From Candidatus Angelobacter sp. (GTDB taxonomy: Bacteria > Acidobacteriota > Terriglobia > Terriglobales > Acidobacteriaceae): a DNA stretch of 64,000 bases. The stretch lies in contig DASTAS010000006.1 in assembly GCA_035712465.1 (NCBI GenBank), forward strand, positions 95,116 through 159,115. Direction: 5' to 3'. Below are positions 14,956-24,168 of the stretch, piece after piece. Numbering within the stretch: position 1 is the stretch's first letter; every line of letters begins with the position of its first letter. The notes beneath the pieces were generated by a model, which ran no database searches, was not told where the DNA came from, and saw only the letters and a program-made list of their open reading frames with translations. Position numbers and translations under genes: made by a program.

Positions 14956-16308
14956 CTAGCTCTTCTTCAAGTGGCGGCGGATCAGCACTTCCAGACCGGC
15001 CTTTGAGCTCTCATAGTCCTGCTGGGAGACCTTGCCCTGAAGGCGGTCGTTTTCGAGCTGAAAGAGTTCTTCCTTGATCGCGTCCAGCACGCCTGAACGG
15101 GCCGGGCCGTTGCTGCCGGAAGATGAGCCAGCTCCGGCCGGCGTTGCTGCCCGTTGTCGGGCACGCGATTTGGATGATGGTTGTTGCGGAACGCCTGCGG
15201 CGCCTGCAGCAGTGGACGCGGCAATTGGGCGACGCTGCATGCGGAAGAGCCAGTAGCCGATGCCGGCGATGACGACGATAAAAGCTGCGATGATGTACCA
15301 GCGTGAGTTGCTTGCCGGATCAGGGGACTGGTTCGGCGCGTCGAGGCCAACCCCCGTAGCCACGGAATTCTGGGCCTGCTGAGCGGCTTCGCCGCTCGGG
15401 TTTTCAGCGCTCTGAGCGGCTCCGCTGCTCTCGCTTTGGCCGGGTATGACGCCTTTGCCGGAAACAGAGAACTCTACCTCTTTTCCCGCAGGCAGGCTCT
15501 TGGCGACAAACACCGCCATGCCGGAGTCATCGTTCGCGGGGAGAATGCCCGGGTCAGAAGATTTGAATTGCATGCTCTTGGGCAGCATGATCCCGAGTTC
15601 GGCAAGCGGCGCGTCAGGAGTAAGTTTGAAGTCGCGAGAGCCGGTATACGGGACTGTGTAGGTGACCTGAAAGCGGTTGCGTCCGGGGCGAATGGGGAAG
15701 ACAAATCCGTAGCGATCCTTTTTGCCTGCCGGAATGGGCATGTTGCTGGTCGGCATGCCGCCTGGTCCTTCCGCTACGCCCTCTTCGATATTGGCGCCTG
15801 CGGGCAGGTCAAACTCGAAGGAGCGATCGCCAATTTTGGTGCGGGGTGGATTGGATTGATTGCGCAGCACGAAGAGCTCGAAGACTTGCAGTCCGTCGGA
15901 ATTGGTCTGAAAGCGAAACACATGGCCGTCATGAATGATGTTGTCGACTTTTTTGGCCGCATCGTAGACCGTCACCTTGACCATGTTTGTGCCCTGCGGG
16001 GCCGACTGGAAGTAGTTCACTCCTCCATGGTCCACGCGCACCAGGGTTTGCCCGTTGGCCTGGGGAGCGCTGAGCGTGAAGCGGCCTTGAGCGTCGGTTT
16101 TCGCGCGGGCCACTTCGTCCATGCCTCCGGAAAGGGAAAGCAGGACAACGCTATCACCGGCGGAAGGTTTGTTGGTGGTTCCGTTTGTGACCGTGCCTGT
16201 GACCTGCGCAGCAAACATGGTCGCAGAGAAAAAGAAGAGGTAAAAAGCCGCTGGGCCAATCTGTTTTGTAAAGCGCACAGGTATTCTCAATCCGCAACAA
16301 AGATTCAT
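14956..16308 (-). CDS. Secreted/anchored protein with carboxypeptidase-regulatory-like N-terminal domain
   Basis: Signal peptide ...FFSATMFAAQ. VTGTVTNG...DSVVLL...TDAQGRFTL is typical of CarboxypepD_reg. A TM helix (WYIIAAFIVVIAGIGYWLF) and a C-terminal coiled segment follow. Confidence 0.7.
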   Translation of the reverse strand: MNLCCGLRIPVRFTKQIGPAAFYLFFFSATMFAAQVTGTVTNGTTNKPSAGDSVVLLSLSGGMDEVARAKTDAQGRFTLSAPQANGQTLVRVDHGGVNYFQSAPQGTNMVKVTVYDAAKKVDNIIHDGHVFRFQTNSDGLQVFELFVLRNQSNPPRTKIGDRSFEFDLPAGANIEEGVAEGPGGMPTSNMPIPAGKKDRYGFVFPIRPGRNRFQVTYTVPYTGSRDFKLTPDAPLAELGIMLPKSMQFKSSDPGILPANDDSGMAVFVAKSLPAGKEVEFSVSGKGVIPGQSESSGAAQSAENPSGEAAQQAQNSVATGVGLDAPNQSPDPASNSRWYIIAAFIVVIAGIGYWLFRMQRRPIAASTAAGAAGVPQQPSSKSRARQRAATPAGAGSSSGSNGPARSGVLDAIKEELFQLENDRLQGKVSQQDYESSKAGLEVLIRRHLKKS

Positions 16309-16423
16309 GAAGATGTTGCGCGTTCGTAGATTGTAGGGGTTGGGGACAACGCCTTATTACATCATAGCGCTTCTCTCGGTTGAAAAGAGGCTATGTTGTG
16401 AATCCTGTAAAATGTGGAGACGT

Positions 16424-16500
16424 GGCCCTGTAGCTCAGATGGATAGAGCGACGGTTTCCTAAACCGCAGGTCGGAGGTTCGAATCCTCCCAGGGTCACCA
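16424..16500 (+). tRNA. tRNA-Arg (anticodon CCT)
   Basis: Manual cloverleaf of 77 nt. Acceptor GGCCCTG/CAGGGTC, D arm GCTC-AGATGGATA-GAGC, anticodon loop TTCCTAA, T arm GGAGG-TTCGAAT-CCTCC, encoded CCA. Confidence 0.9.
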
Positions 16501-16534
16501 CCTTGGATCGTACAGCCTGGCTGCTGCACCTCTG

Positions 16535-16891
16535 ATGCCGAAATTTGAGAAGCACATTTTCGTTTGTACCAACCAGCGTCCTGAAGGCCATGCCAAAGGC
16601 TCGTGCAATCCGACAGCTAGCGGAGAATTGCACCAGTTATTCAAGGCGGCACTGGCGAAGCGCGGATTGAAAGGCCGAGTGCGCGCGAACAAATCCGGGT
16701 GTCTTGACCAGTGCGAGCACGGGCCAACCGTGGTGATTTATCCGGAAGCAGTGTGGTATGGCGGAGTCACGGCCGCGGACGTGGATGAAATTATCGACAG
16801 CCATATCGCGGGCGGACAGCCCGTGGCAAGACTCATGATTCCTGATTCGTGCCTGAACGTCGAGAGCTGTCCGCACAAGCCGCGGAAATAA
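16535..16891 (+). CDS. Thioredoxin-like [2Fe-2S] ferredoxin family protein
   Basis: Cys ligand pattern FVCTNQR...GSC...GCLDQCEHGP, plus VVIYPEAVWYG. Confidence 0.8.
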   Translation: MPKFEKHIFVCTNQRPEGHAKGSCNPTASGELHQLFKAALAKRGLKGRVRANKSGCLDQCEHGPTVVIYPEAVWYGGVTAADVDEIIDSHIAGGQPVARLMIPDSCLNVESCPHKPRK

Positions 16892-16942
16892 TTGGGGAAG
16901 GCTCGTCGCATCGCTGCGGACGGGCCTTCACCGAATCGTAAG

Positions 16943-17506
16943 TTAATTTTGTGGTTGGGCTCCAGCGCCGCCGGTTGCAACTCTCTGATTGTGACTGTTC
17001 GTAGTCGGCGTGCTGGCGGCCTCGGCCTGGTGCTTCTTCCGTTCGACTGCGCTTCTGGCACGGCGCAAGCTGCTCTGCATGGAGTGATCGTTCTTCAGCG
17101 CCTCATAGCCTGCTGTGAGTCCGCCGCCCAGCAGAGAACCGGCATAAGCGCCGCTGCGGCAGTTGCAGCCAAGCCATCCGATTCCCCAGCCGATAGCCGT
17201 GTTGCCGCCGATCATGGCGAAATCATGAAAGCTTCCCAGAGCGTTGTGGTGGTTGTAGAGATACCATGTGCTGCCGGCGCCCCCGCCCATCAGCATAAGC
17301 TTCAACGGCGTTTTTTCTCCGGGCAGGATGAATCCAAGCCCTGCGCCGGCGGCGGCTCCGCCCAACACGGTGAAAATATATTTGTGATTCTTCGGACTGA
17401 TTCCGTGGAGATCTCTGCTGTCAGGATCGCGTGCTTGCGCGGTTGCGCCCAGCATGAAAAGCAGTCCGAAGCAAAGGAAGAGTGTGCATAGTTTCTTGAA
17501 TGACAT
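16943..17506 (-). CDS. Secreted glycine-zipper-like protein
   Basis: Signal peptide MSFKKLCTLFLCFGLLFMLGATAQA. Gly-rich hydrophobic repeats (GGAAAGAGLG, GGGAGS, GWGIGWLG). Confidence 0.55.
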   Translation of the reverse strand: MSFKKLCTLFLCFGLLFMLGATAQARDPDSRDLHGISPKNHKYIFTVLGGAAAGAGLGFILPGEKTPLKLMLMGGGAGSTWYLYNHHNALGSFHDFAMIGGNTAIGWGIGWLGCNCRSGAYAGSLLGGGLTAGYEALKNDHSMQSSLRRARSAVERKKHQAEAASTPTTNSHNQRVATGGAGAQPQN

Positions 17507-17676
17507 CTTTGAAGTGGCTCCCAATCGGGTCGAAAGTGCGTTGTCCCGCAGTTGGGCAATAGGATGTGGCGAAGATCACAACAAGATGTTTGAATTGCGC
17601 GGCAGCACGCGAAATATGAGCTCTCAATCAGGAGTGATGAAAACTGCAACGTGCGCTCGCATCAGCAGAGCAGCCG

Positions 17677-18162
17677 TCATCGGGTTCTTCTCTCCTGATG
17701 CGGAGTCAACAGGATGGTGATGATCAGCAGAACAGCTCCGATTACGATTGCGCTATCAGCCACGTTGAACGGAGGCCAGTGGTGGTCGCCAACATAGAAA
17801 TCCAGGAAGTCTGTGACTCTGGCTTTTGCCACTCTGTCCCACAAATTGCCGAGAGCTCCACCCAATATCAGGCAGAGCGAGAGAGAGCTGATGTCCAGAG
17901 CCGGCCCGTGCTTCCAGAGCAGATAACAAACCACAATGCAGGCGATCACGGAAAAAGCAATCAGCCCGAAGGTGCGCCAGGGCGAAGTGGAACTCGCGAA
18001 CATGCTGAAGGCAGCGCCGGTGTTTTCCCAGTGCGACAGTTGAAACAACCCCGGAACAATCGGAATCTCATCGCCGACGGGAATGCCGTGGATCACCAGC
18101 AGCTTCGTAAGGTGGTCCAGAAGAATGACCGCTGCGACGATCAGGAGTTGGTACTTTCGCAT
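17677..18162 (-). CDS. lspA: Lipoprotein signal peptidase II (copy 2, distal to ileS)
   Basis: GAAFSMF, GGALGNLWDR, DFLDF, FNVADSAI motifs. Confidence 0.85.
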   Translation of the reverse strand: MRKYQLLIVAAVILLDHLTKLLVIHGIPVGDEIPIVPGLFQLSHWENTGAAFSMFASSTSPWRTFGLIAFSVIACIVVCYLLWKHGPALDISSLSLCLILGGALGNLWDRVAKARVTDFLDFYVGDHHWPPFNVADSAIVIGAVLLIITILLTPHQERRTR

Positions 18163-18236
18163 TCGATTGATAGCAACAATCCAGCGTGGTGTAAGCAGCA
18201 GTTGTTACAGAAACAGCAACAAAATTGCAGGCCACC

Positions 18237-18734
18237 TCACGCGATCTTACTGGCTGACTCTTTCTCTTCCTGCGGGGCAAGAAATATCTCGCTCAGCAGA
18301 AGTAGAGCGCCAACTACAATCGCGCTATCGGCAATATTGAATGCCGGCCAGTGATGCCTGCCTATGTAGAAATCGAGGAAATCGATCACGCGGCCGCTTG
18401 CCACTCGGTCCCAGAGGTTCCCAAGCGCTCCGCCGAAAACGAGTGACAGCGCGATCGCGGTGGTGTTCATTGCATTTCCGTTTTTCCACAGCAGAGTGGA
18501 AACCACCGCCAGCGCAGCCACTGAAAACAAAATCAGCATGGCTACTTTCCATTCTGAAGGAGAATCGGAAAAAAGCCCGAACGCAGCACCCTGGTTTTGC
18601 ACATGCGTAAGGCGGAAGAGCCCCGGAATCACGTCCACACTATCGTTGGGCATGATGTTCTGGGCGATGATCCACTTGGTCAGCCGATCCAGAATGACCA
18701 CCAGGGACGCTATCAATATGTGATACTTGCGCAT
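18237..18734 (-). CDS. lspA: Lipoprotein signal peptidase II (copy 1, adjacent to ileS)
   Basis: NQGAAFGLF, GGALGNLWDR, DFLDFY, FNIADSAI. It begins 9 nt after the ileS stop, the classic ileS-lspA arrangement. Confidence 0.9.
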   Translation of the reverse strand: MRKYHILIASLVVILDRLTKWIIAQNIMPNDSVDVIPGLFRLTHVQNQGAAFGLFSDSPSEWKVAMLILFSVAALAVVSTLLWKNGNAMNTTAIALSLVFGGALGNLWDRVASGRVIDFLDFYIGRHHWPAFNIADSAIVVGALLLLSEIFLAPQEEKESASKIA

Positions 18735-18743
18735 GTCAACGAA

Positions 18744-21581
18744 TCAATGCTGCCCGGCCGGCACCCTTTCAAGTTCTTCAAGCACGGCCAGGCACCGTTC
18801 ACAAACGGTAGGATACCTCTCACTCTTGCCTACCTCAGTAGAATAGAACCAGCAGCGCTCGCATTTTTGTCCAGGGGCCTTTTGTACTTCTACGCGCAAC
18901 CCGGCCCCGGCGTTCCCTTCAGTTGCGGGTTGAATATTTACCCCCGAGACGACCAACAGATAACGCATCTCTGTCCGGTAGCGGTCCAGCAACCCATATT
19001 GCTCTTGCGGCGCATAGATCGTGAGGGCCGCTTCCTCGGACCGGCGAATGAGCTTTTCCTTGCGGGCGATCTCCATCGCCTTCAGCGCCTCATCGCGGAC
19101 TTTCAGCAGCGACTCAAAATCCGCGCGCAGCGACTTGACGTGCTCCGACCCCATCTCCGGACAGAGTTCCTCCGGGGCCGGGAAGTAGGCAATGTGTACG
19201 CTGGGCGCTTTGCCCGAGGTTTTCGGCAGCCACTGCCAAACCTCATCCGCGGTGAAGGACGCCAGGGGCGCAATCAGCCGCACCAGCGCATCGCCAATCT
19301 TCCAAACGGCGGTCTGCGCCGAACGACGCGCCAACGAACCGGGCGCCGCCGTGTAGAGCCGGTCTTTGATGGTGGCAAAATAAACGTTGCTCAGCGCCGC
19401 ATTACAGTACTCGTTCAAGAGCTGATAGATGCGATGAAATTCAAAACTCTCATACCACTCGCGAACGCGCCGGCAGAAGTCCGCGGCCAGCACCAGTTCG
19501 TACTGGTCCAGCGGCTGCATGTCAGCAAACTTCACCGCATCGCGCTCGGGATTGAAATCAAAGAGATTGTTTACGATGTACCGCAGCGTGTTGCGAACGT
19601 TTCTGTAATCGTCGCTGATGCGGTCCATCAGCGCGTCAGATACCGTGACGTCTTCCTGAAAATCCACTGACGCCACCCACAACCGGATGATCTCTCCGCC
19701 CTTAGTATCGGCGATCTTGATGGGATCAACGCCGTTGCCCAGTGACTTCGATGTGGCGCGTCCCTGCGGGTCCAGAGTCCACCCGCTGGTAGCAACTCCG
19801 CGGTAGGGCGCACGCCCGCGTGTTCCAACTGCCACCAGCAAAGAAGAGTGGAACCAGCCGCGATACTGGTCGCCGCCTTCCAGGTAAAGATCGGCCGGCC
19901 ATGGCATGTTCGGCTCATGGCCGAGCACAGCAGCGTGGCTGGACCCGGATTCAAACCAGACGTCGATGATGTCGTTCTCCTTGCGGAAGCTGGTACCGCC
20001 GCAGGCGCATTTGGTTCCGGCGGGCACAATCTGTGAAGCCTCGCGGGTGTACCAGGAATCCGCGCCTTCACGCGCGAACAGGTCCACCACGGCCTTATTT
20101 ACTTCTTTGGATTCCAGAAGCTTGCCGCAGGCTTCGCAGAAAAATACCGCAATAGGCACGCCCCAGACCCTCTGGCGGGAGATGCACCAGTCCGGACGCG
20201 TGGCAATCATGTTGCTGATGCGCTCTTCACCCCAGGCGGGAATCCATTTCACCTTCTTGATCTCATCCAGCGCGCGCCCGCGCAATTTGCAGCCATCCGC
20301 CGGCGCATCCATGGAGATGAACCATTGCTCGGTGGCGCGAAAAATCACGGGGTTGTGGCAGCGCCAGCAGTGGGCATACTGGTGCTCGATTTTGCCTTCT
20401 CCCATCAGCACGCCGCGCGCCTTCAGAAGCTCGATGATCGGCTGGTTGGCCTTAAATACCGTCAAGCCGTCGTATTCCGGCAGTCCCTGGCGCAAGCGGC
20501 CAGCCGCATCGACATTGCAGGTCTGGTCCAGCTTGTATTTCACGCCGGTATAGAAGTCCTCTGCGCCGTGGGAGGGCGCTGTGTGTACTACGCCCGTACC
20601 CTGATCCGTAGTGACGTAATCCGCAAGCACACCCAGGATCTGACGATCAAGAAACGGATGCGCGAAAGTGGCGTACTCAAGCTTCTTGCCGGGAAAGCGC
20701 GCAACCTCCGAGGCGCCGGCGAGGTTGCAGGCCTCGATGGTGGCTTTTGCCAGCGCGTCCGCCACAATGTAAACCTCGCCCTGGTGCTCCAGAGCCACAT
20801 AGTCAAGCTCGGGATGGAATGCCACTGCCATCGATGCAGGCAGCGTCCATGGCGTGGTAGTCCAGATGATCGTGTTAACTTTCTTTCCCGCGAGACGGGA
20901 GTCGATCTTCTCCGGTGCGCTAGTCATGCGGTACTTTACCCAGATGCTGGGACTGGTATGCGTCTCGTATTCCACTTCGGCTTCCGCCAGCGCCGTCTTG
21001 TCGTGAATGCACCAGTACACCGGCCGCAGTCCCTTGTACACCGCTCCTTTTTCCATGAACTCAAACAGCAGGCGCACGATGGTCGATTCGTACGAAGGAT
21101 CCATGGTTGAGTACGGGTGGTCCCAATCGCCCAGGATGCCGAGCCGCTTGAACTGCTGCCGCTGCAGGTTGAGGAATTTCAAAGCGTATTCGCGGCACGC
21201 CTTGCGCACGTCAGCCGGGTTCATCTCCAGCTTTTTCCGGCCCAGCTTTTCATCGACTTTGATCTCAATGGGCAGGCCGTGACAATCCCATCCGGGAACG
21301 TAAGGGGAGTCGAAGCCGGCCATCGTCTTCGACTTCACCACAAAATCTTTCAGGCATTTGTTCAGCGCGTGGCCTTCGTGAATGGCGCCATTGGCATACG
21401 GAGGACCATCATGCAAAAGATAAACCGGCTTTCCCTGGCGGGATGCGCGGATCTGCCCGTAAAGATTGTTGTGCTCCCATTTTTCCAGCCATTTGGGCTC
21501 GTTTTGCGGCAGCCCCGCCTTCATGGGGAAATCCGTTTTGGGTAAATTCAGCGTCTTCTTGAGCTCGAGCGGCTCGCTCAT
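18744..21581 (-). CDS. ileS: Isoleucine--tRNA ligase
   Basis: 945 aa. PPYANGAIHEGHALN (HIGH region), editing-domain length, C-terminal Zn-finger CERCW...CERC. Confidence 0.95.
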   Translation of the reverse strand: MSEPLELKKTLNLPKTDFPMKAGLPQNEPKWLEKWEHNNLYGQIRASRQGKPVYLLHDGPPYANGAIHEGHALNKCLKDFVVKSKTMAGFDSPYVPGWDCHGLPIEIKVDEKLGRKKLEMNPADVRKACREYALKFLNLQRQQFKRLGILGDWDHPYSTMDPSYESTIVRLLFEFMEKGAVYKGLRPVYWCIHDKTALAEAEVEYETHTSPSIWVKYRMTSAPEKIDSRLAGKKVNTIIWTTTPWTLPASMAVAFHPELDYVALEHQGEVYIVADALAKATIEACNLAGASEVARFPGKKLEYATFAHPFLDRQILGVLADYVTTDQGTGVVHTAPSHGAEDFYTGVKYKLDQTCNVDAAGRLRQGLPEYDGLTVFKANQPIIELLKARGVLMGEGKIEHQYAHCWRCHNPVIFRATEQWFISMDAPADGCKLRGRALDEIKKVKWIPAWGEERISNMIATRPDWCISRQRVWGVPIAVFFCEACGKLLESKEVNKAVVDLFAREGADSWYTREASQIVPAGTKCACGGTSFRKENDIIDVWFESGSSHAAVLGHEPNMPWPADLYLEGGDQYRGWFHSSLLVAVGTRGRAPYRGVATSGWTLDPQGRATSKSLGNGVDPIKIADTKGGEIIRLWVASVDFQEDVTVSDALMDRISDDYRNVRNTLRYIVNNLFDFNPERDAVKFADMQPLDQYELVLAADFCRRVREWYESFEFHRIYQLLNEYCNAALSNVYFATIKDRLYTAAPGSLARRSAQTAVWKIGDALVRLIAPLASFTADEVWQWLPKTSGKAPSVHIAYFPAPEELCPEMGSEHVKSLRADFESLLKVRDEALKAMEIARKEKLIRRSEEAALTIYAPQEQYGLLDRYRTEMRYLLVVSGVNIQPATEGNAGAGLRVEVQKAPGQKCERCWFYSTEVGKSERYPTVCERCLAVLEELERVPAGQH

Positions 21582-21924
21582 TATTTCTCCGGCTGCAAGT
21601 TATTGATACTTCATTATAACTGTCGTTGTTCCCCAACTTACCTTTGGTGAAGACCCTCTCAAGGGAAATCACACATTTAACCACTCTTAACAAAACCATT
21701 TTGTGCGAATGAGAATCCTACTCTGCCAGCAAACATAAACAAGCCGTTGCTGCGTCGCGTTCGTCCATTTTGTTCATTCATTGTCATGTCGGATGTGAGT
21801 TCGCTTTATGGTTCCGTTGCTCGAGAAAGTTCTCTTAGGCGAGTCTGACGCATGCAACTTGCACCCTGCTTCGGTCATCTTTTATGAGTGAATCCAGACC
21901 AGTCGATTCTGGCAATGGACTTTG

Positions 21925-22998
21925 ATGGTGACTGGCAGTACTGAAAAGGTAAAACAGGTCGAGCCCATGGCGAATCAGGCTATTCTAAATCCCCCTACTC
22001 CGACTGAACGGCCGCGTGTGCTCTATGAAGCTCCACGGCTGTCCGGCCTCCCTGAAATGCATCGCTCGATGCTGGGTTCTCTGGTACGAAACCTCAAGGA
22101 CGCGATGTTTCCGGAAAAGCTTCCGCCCATACGCCTGACCTCGCGGCCGGTGCAGGTGCGGGAGATCTGGAGCCATCGCAATGCCAGAAAACCGGCAACC
22201 GGTTCGCTGGTGGTGCACTCGCTGGCGATTGCGGCGCTCATCGCAGTTTCAATCATCAGTTGGCGTACCCCGCAGGCCGCGCCCAAGAAAGAAGATGTCA
22301 CGCTGATTGCTCCTCCCTTGACTGATTATCAGCCGGTGATGAAGCCGGCCACTCCCACCAAGCCGCTTACCGGCGGTGGCGGCGGTGGCGAAAGGGCCAA
22401 GGTTTTTGAGCCTAAGGGTCACCTGCCGAAAATCGCACCCCAACAGTTCACGCCTCCCACGGTCGAGATCAGGAATCAAAAGCCGAAGCTGGCTATTGAG
22501 TCCACCGTTGTGGCTCCTCCCAAGGTGAAGCTGCCTGACGCTCCCAACATGCCGAACCTGGGTAATCCAATGGCTGCCCGGGTGAGCGGTCCGGCTACCA
22601 ACGGACCCGGTTCCGGCGGCGGCATTGGTTCAGGAAAAAGCAGCGGCATTGGCTCCGGCATGGGACCGGGACACGGACCCGGAGAGGGCGGCGGTTTTGG
22701 TGGCGGCGTTTACTCGCTGGGCGATATCGGCGTCACGCCTCCGGTGGCCAAGTTCACGCCTTCGCCCGATTTCTCCGAGGAGGCGCGCAAAGCTAAATTT
22801 CAGGGAACGGTCACCCTCTCAGCCATAATCGGTACCGATGGAAAGCCACACAACGTGAAGGTGGTTCGCAGCCTGGGAATGGGACTTGACCAGAAGGCTC
22901 TGCAAAAAGTCCGGACATGGCTGTTTGAGCCCGGTAAAAAGAACGGCCAGCCGGTCGCCGTAGCCATGACTCTGGAAGTCGATTTCAGACTTTACTAA
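21925..22998 (+). CDS. Energy transducer TonB family protein
   Basis: N-terminal TM (LVVHSLAIAALIAVSII), Pro/Gly-rich linker, C-terminal TonB domain (PDFSEEARKAKFQGTVTL...DGKPHNVKVVRSLGMGLDQKAL). The start could be ATG 21967. Confidence 0.8.
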   Translation: MVTGSTEKVKQVEPMANQAILNPPTPTERPRVLYEAPRLSGLPEMHRSMLGSLVRNLKDAMFPEKLPPIRLTSRPVQVREIWSHRNARKPATGSLVVHSLAIAALIAVSIISWRTPQAAPKKEDVTLIAPPLTDYQPVMKPATPTKPLTGGGGGGERAKVFEPKGHLPKIAPQQFTPPTVEIRNQKPKLAIESTVVAPPKVKLPDAPNMPNLGNPMAARVSGPATNGPGSGGGIGSGKSSGIGSGMGPGHGPGEGGGFGGGVYSLGDIGVTPPVAKFTPSPDFSEEARKAKFQGTVTLSAIIGTDGKPHNVKVVRSLGMGLDQKALQKVRTWLFEPGKKNGQPVAVAMTLEVDFRLY

Positions 22999-23039
22999 AC
23001 GAGGTTTATAGCGTTATTAAAAAAACGCTAACGCCAGAG

Positions 23040-23067
23040 GGAAGAGGAAAACCTGCCTCTTCCTTTT
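23040..23067 (+). terminator. Rho-independent terminator after the tonB-family gene
   Basis: GGAAGAGG, an 8-nt loop, CCTCTTCC, then TTTT. Confidence 0.6.
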
Positions 23068-23069
23068 GT

Positions 23070-23277
23070 TGTGTGCGCTTCGCGCAACACCGCTTGAGAG
23101 CATTGATCATGGTCAGCGATGTCGTGCTCCTCTAACAGCGCGCTCGCCGCGCAAGCCGGGCTCGCGCTTTGTAGCCTTTGCTTCAGGGCCCGCGAAAGGG
23201 TTTTGATTTCGGCTGTTCCGATTACGGGCGATCACGCGCGATGACCGGGGGCAGGATGTCGGCGATCCGGTGATCCG
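23070..23277 (+). repeat. ~210-nt composite intergenic element, copy A
   Basis: Shares the boxes TGCGCTTCGCGC, GCTTGAGAGC, AGCGCGCTCGCCGCGCAAnCCGGGCTCG, GTTTTGATT and a GAT-periodic tail with 29603..29820. Confidence 0.5.
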
Positions 23278-23279
23278 TT

Positions 23280-23304
23280 GGGGGGGGGCGGCCCCCCTTT
23301 TTTT
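23280..23304 (+). terminator. G/C hairpin plus T7 (terminator-like)
   Basis: G9-CGG-C6-T7: a six G:C pair stem, a 3-nt loop and a U-tract. Confidence 0.4.
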
Positions 23305-23358
23305 AGCGTTTTGTTGCAAGCAAAGATACTTAACCAAAATCGACCCAGCCTCGACGCT

Positions 23359-23445
23359 TGGGTCACGCCGAGTTTTCCACTGGGTCACCCAGACTTTTCC
23401 ACTGGATGACCCAGGTTTTTGCCTGGGCCACGCAGACCGCTTATC
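23359..23445 (+). repeat. Four tandem 21-22-bp units, each with a TGGGT-N-ACCCA-like mini-palindrome
   Basis: tgggtcacgccgagttttccac / tgggtcacccagacttttccac / tggatgacccaggtttttgcc / tgggccacgcagaccgc... Confidence 0.6.
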
Positions 23446-23817
23446 CCTCATGCAGACACGGCCGGTTTGATGGCTCCGCAAGGAAACACAACGTTTCCGT
23501 AAACCCTCCGCCAAGCCTGCCGAACGCGAAATTTAGGTTGTCAAAGAACCGCAGACTGCAACGCCTGGGCGCCCGCAATCAATATATCGTGTTTTATTCG
23601 CTAAAGCAAGCCGGAATGGGTTCAGGCAGCCAAATTGCCGCGCATGCCGGGCTGCGCTCCTTTCCAAAGTGTGGCAAGCCTTTCGCGGCCTTGAGTTTTT
23701 TCGATCACGGCGATGGTCGGCGATGACGCGTGATTCCGGCGATTTCCTCGCCGCACTCTCCTTGACGGGAAAGGAGAGATGGGTTTACTCTCCTTTGCGA
23801 GATAGGAGAGAGATCTT

Positions 23818-24165
23818 TTGCCAGCGACGAAACCAGTTGAACTCCCGCAGGGTACGCTCGAGATGCTCATCCTCAAGGCGGTCTCGCTCGGTCCGCTGCA
23901 TGGCTATGGCATCCTGCTGCGCATCCAGCAGATTTCCGGCGAGCGGCTGGAAATTCTGCAAGGTTCCTTCTATACCGCCATCTATCGTCTTGAGCGCCGC
24001 GGCTGGATTAAAGGTGCGTGGGGCGAGTCAGAGAACAACCGCCGCGCCCGCTTTTACTCGCTCACCAGGGCCGGTATGCGTCAGCTCAAAGCCGAGACCT
24101 CAAAATGGACTGACATGGTTTCGGTGGTCGCCGGCATTCTGGGCAAGAAGGCGCAGGAGAGATGA
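23818..24165 (+). CDS. PadR family transcriptional regulator
   Basis: LEMLILKAV..GPLHGYGI...FYTAIYRLERRGWI...RRARFYSLTRAG winged-helix signature. TTG start. Confidence 0.85.
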   Translation: MPATKPVELPQGTLEMLILKAVSLGPLHGYGILLRIQQISGERLEILQGSFYTAIYRLERRGWIKGAWGESENNRRARFYSLTRAGMRQLKAETSKWTDMVSVVAGILGKKAQER

Positions 24166-24168
24166 CAT

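Noticed and set aside
15436-16329. 297-aa plus-strand ORF opposite gene 14956-16308
   Set aside because: The minus-strand product has a signal peptide, a CarboxypepD_reg-like domain and a TM anchor. The plus-strand translation is Arg/Gly/His-rich with no motifs.
16424-16500. tRNA-Arg as the island integration site
   Set aside because: A full gene (14956-16308) separates it from the island border, and the island lies on the 5' side of the tRNA. I found no copy of the tRNA 3' end at the other border, although I searched by eye only.
23113-23726. ORFs 23113-23514 (-), 23270-23470 (+) and 23358-23726 (+) in the long gap upstream of padR
   Set aside because: They are read through dispersed and tandem repeats, overlap each other, and have repeat-derived low-complexity translations.
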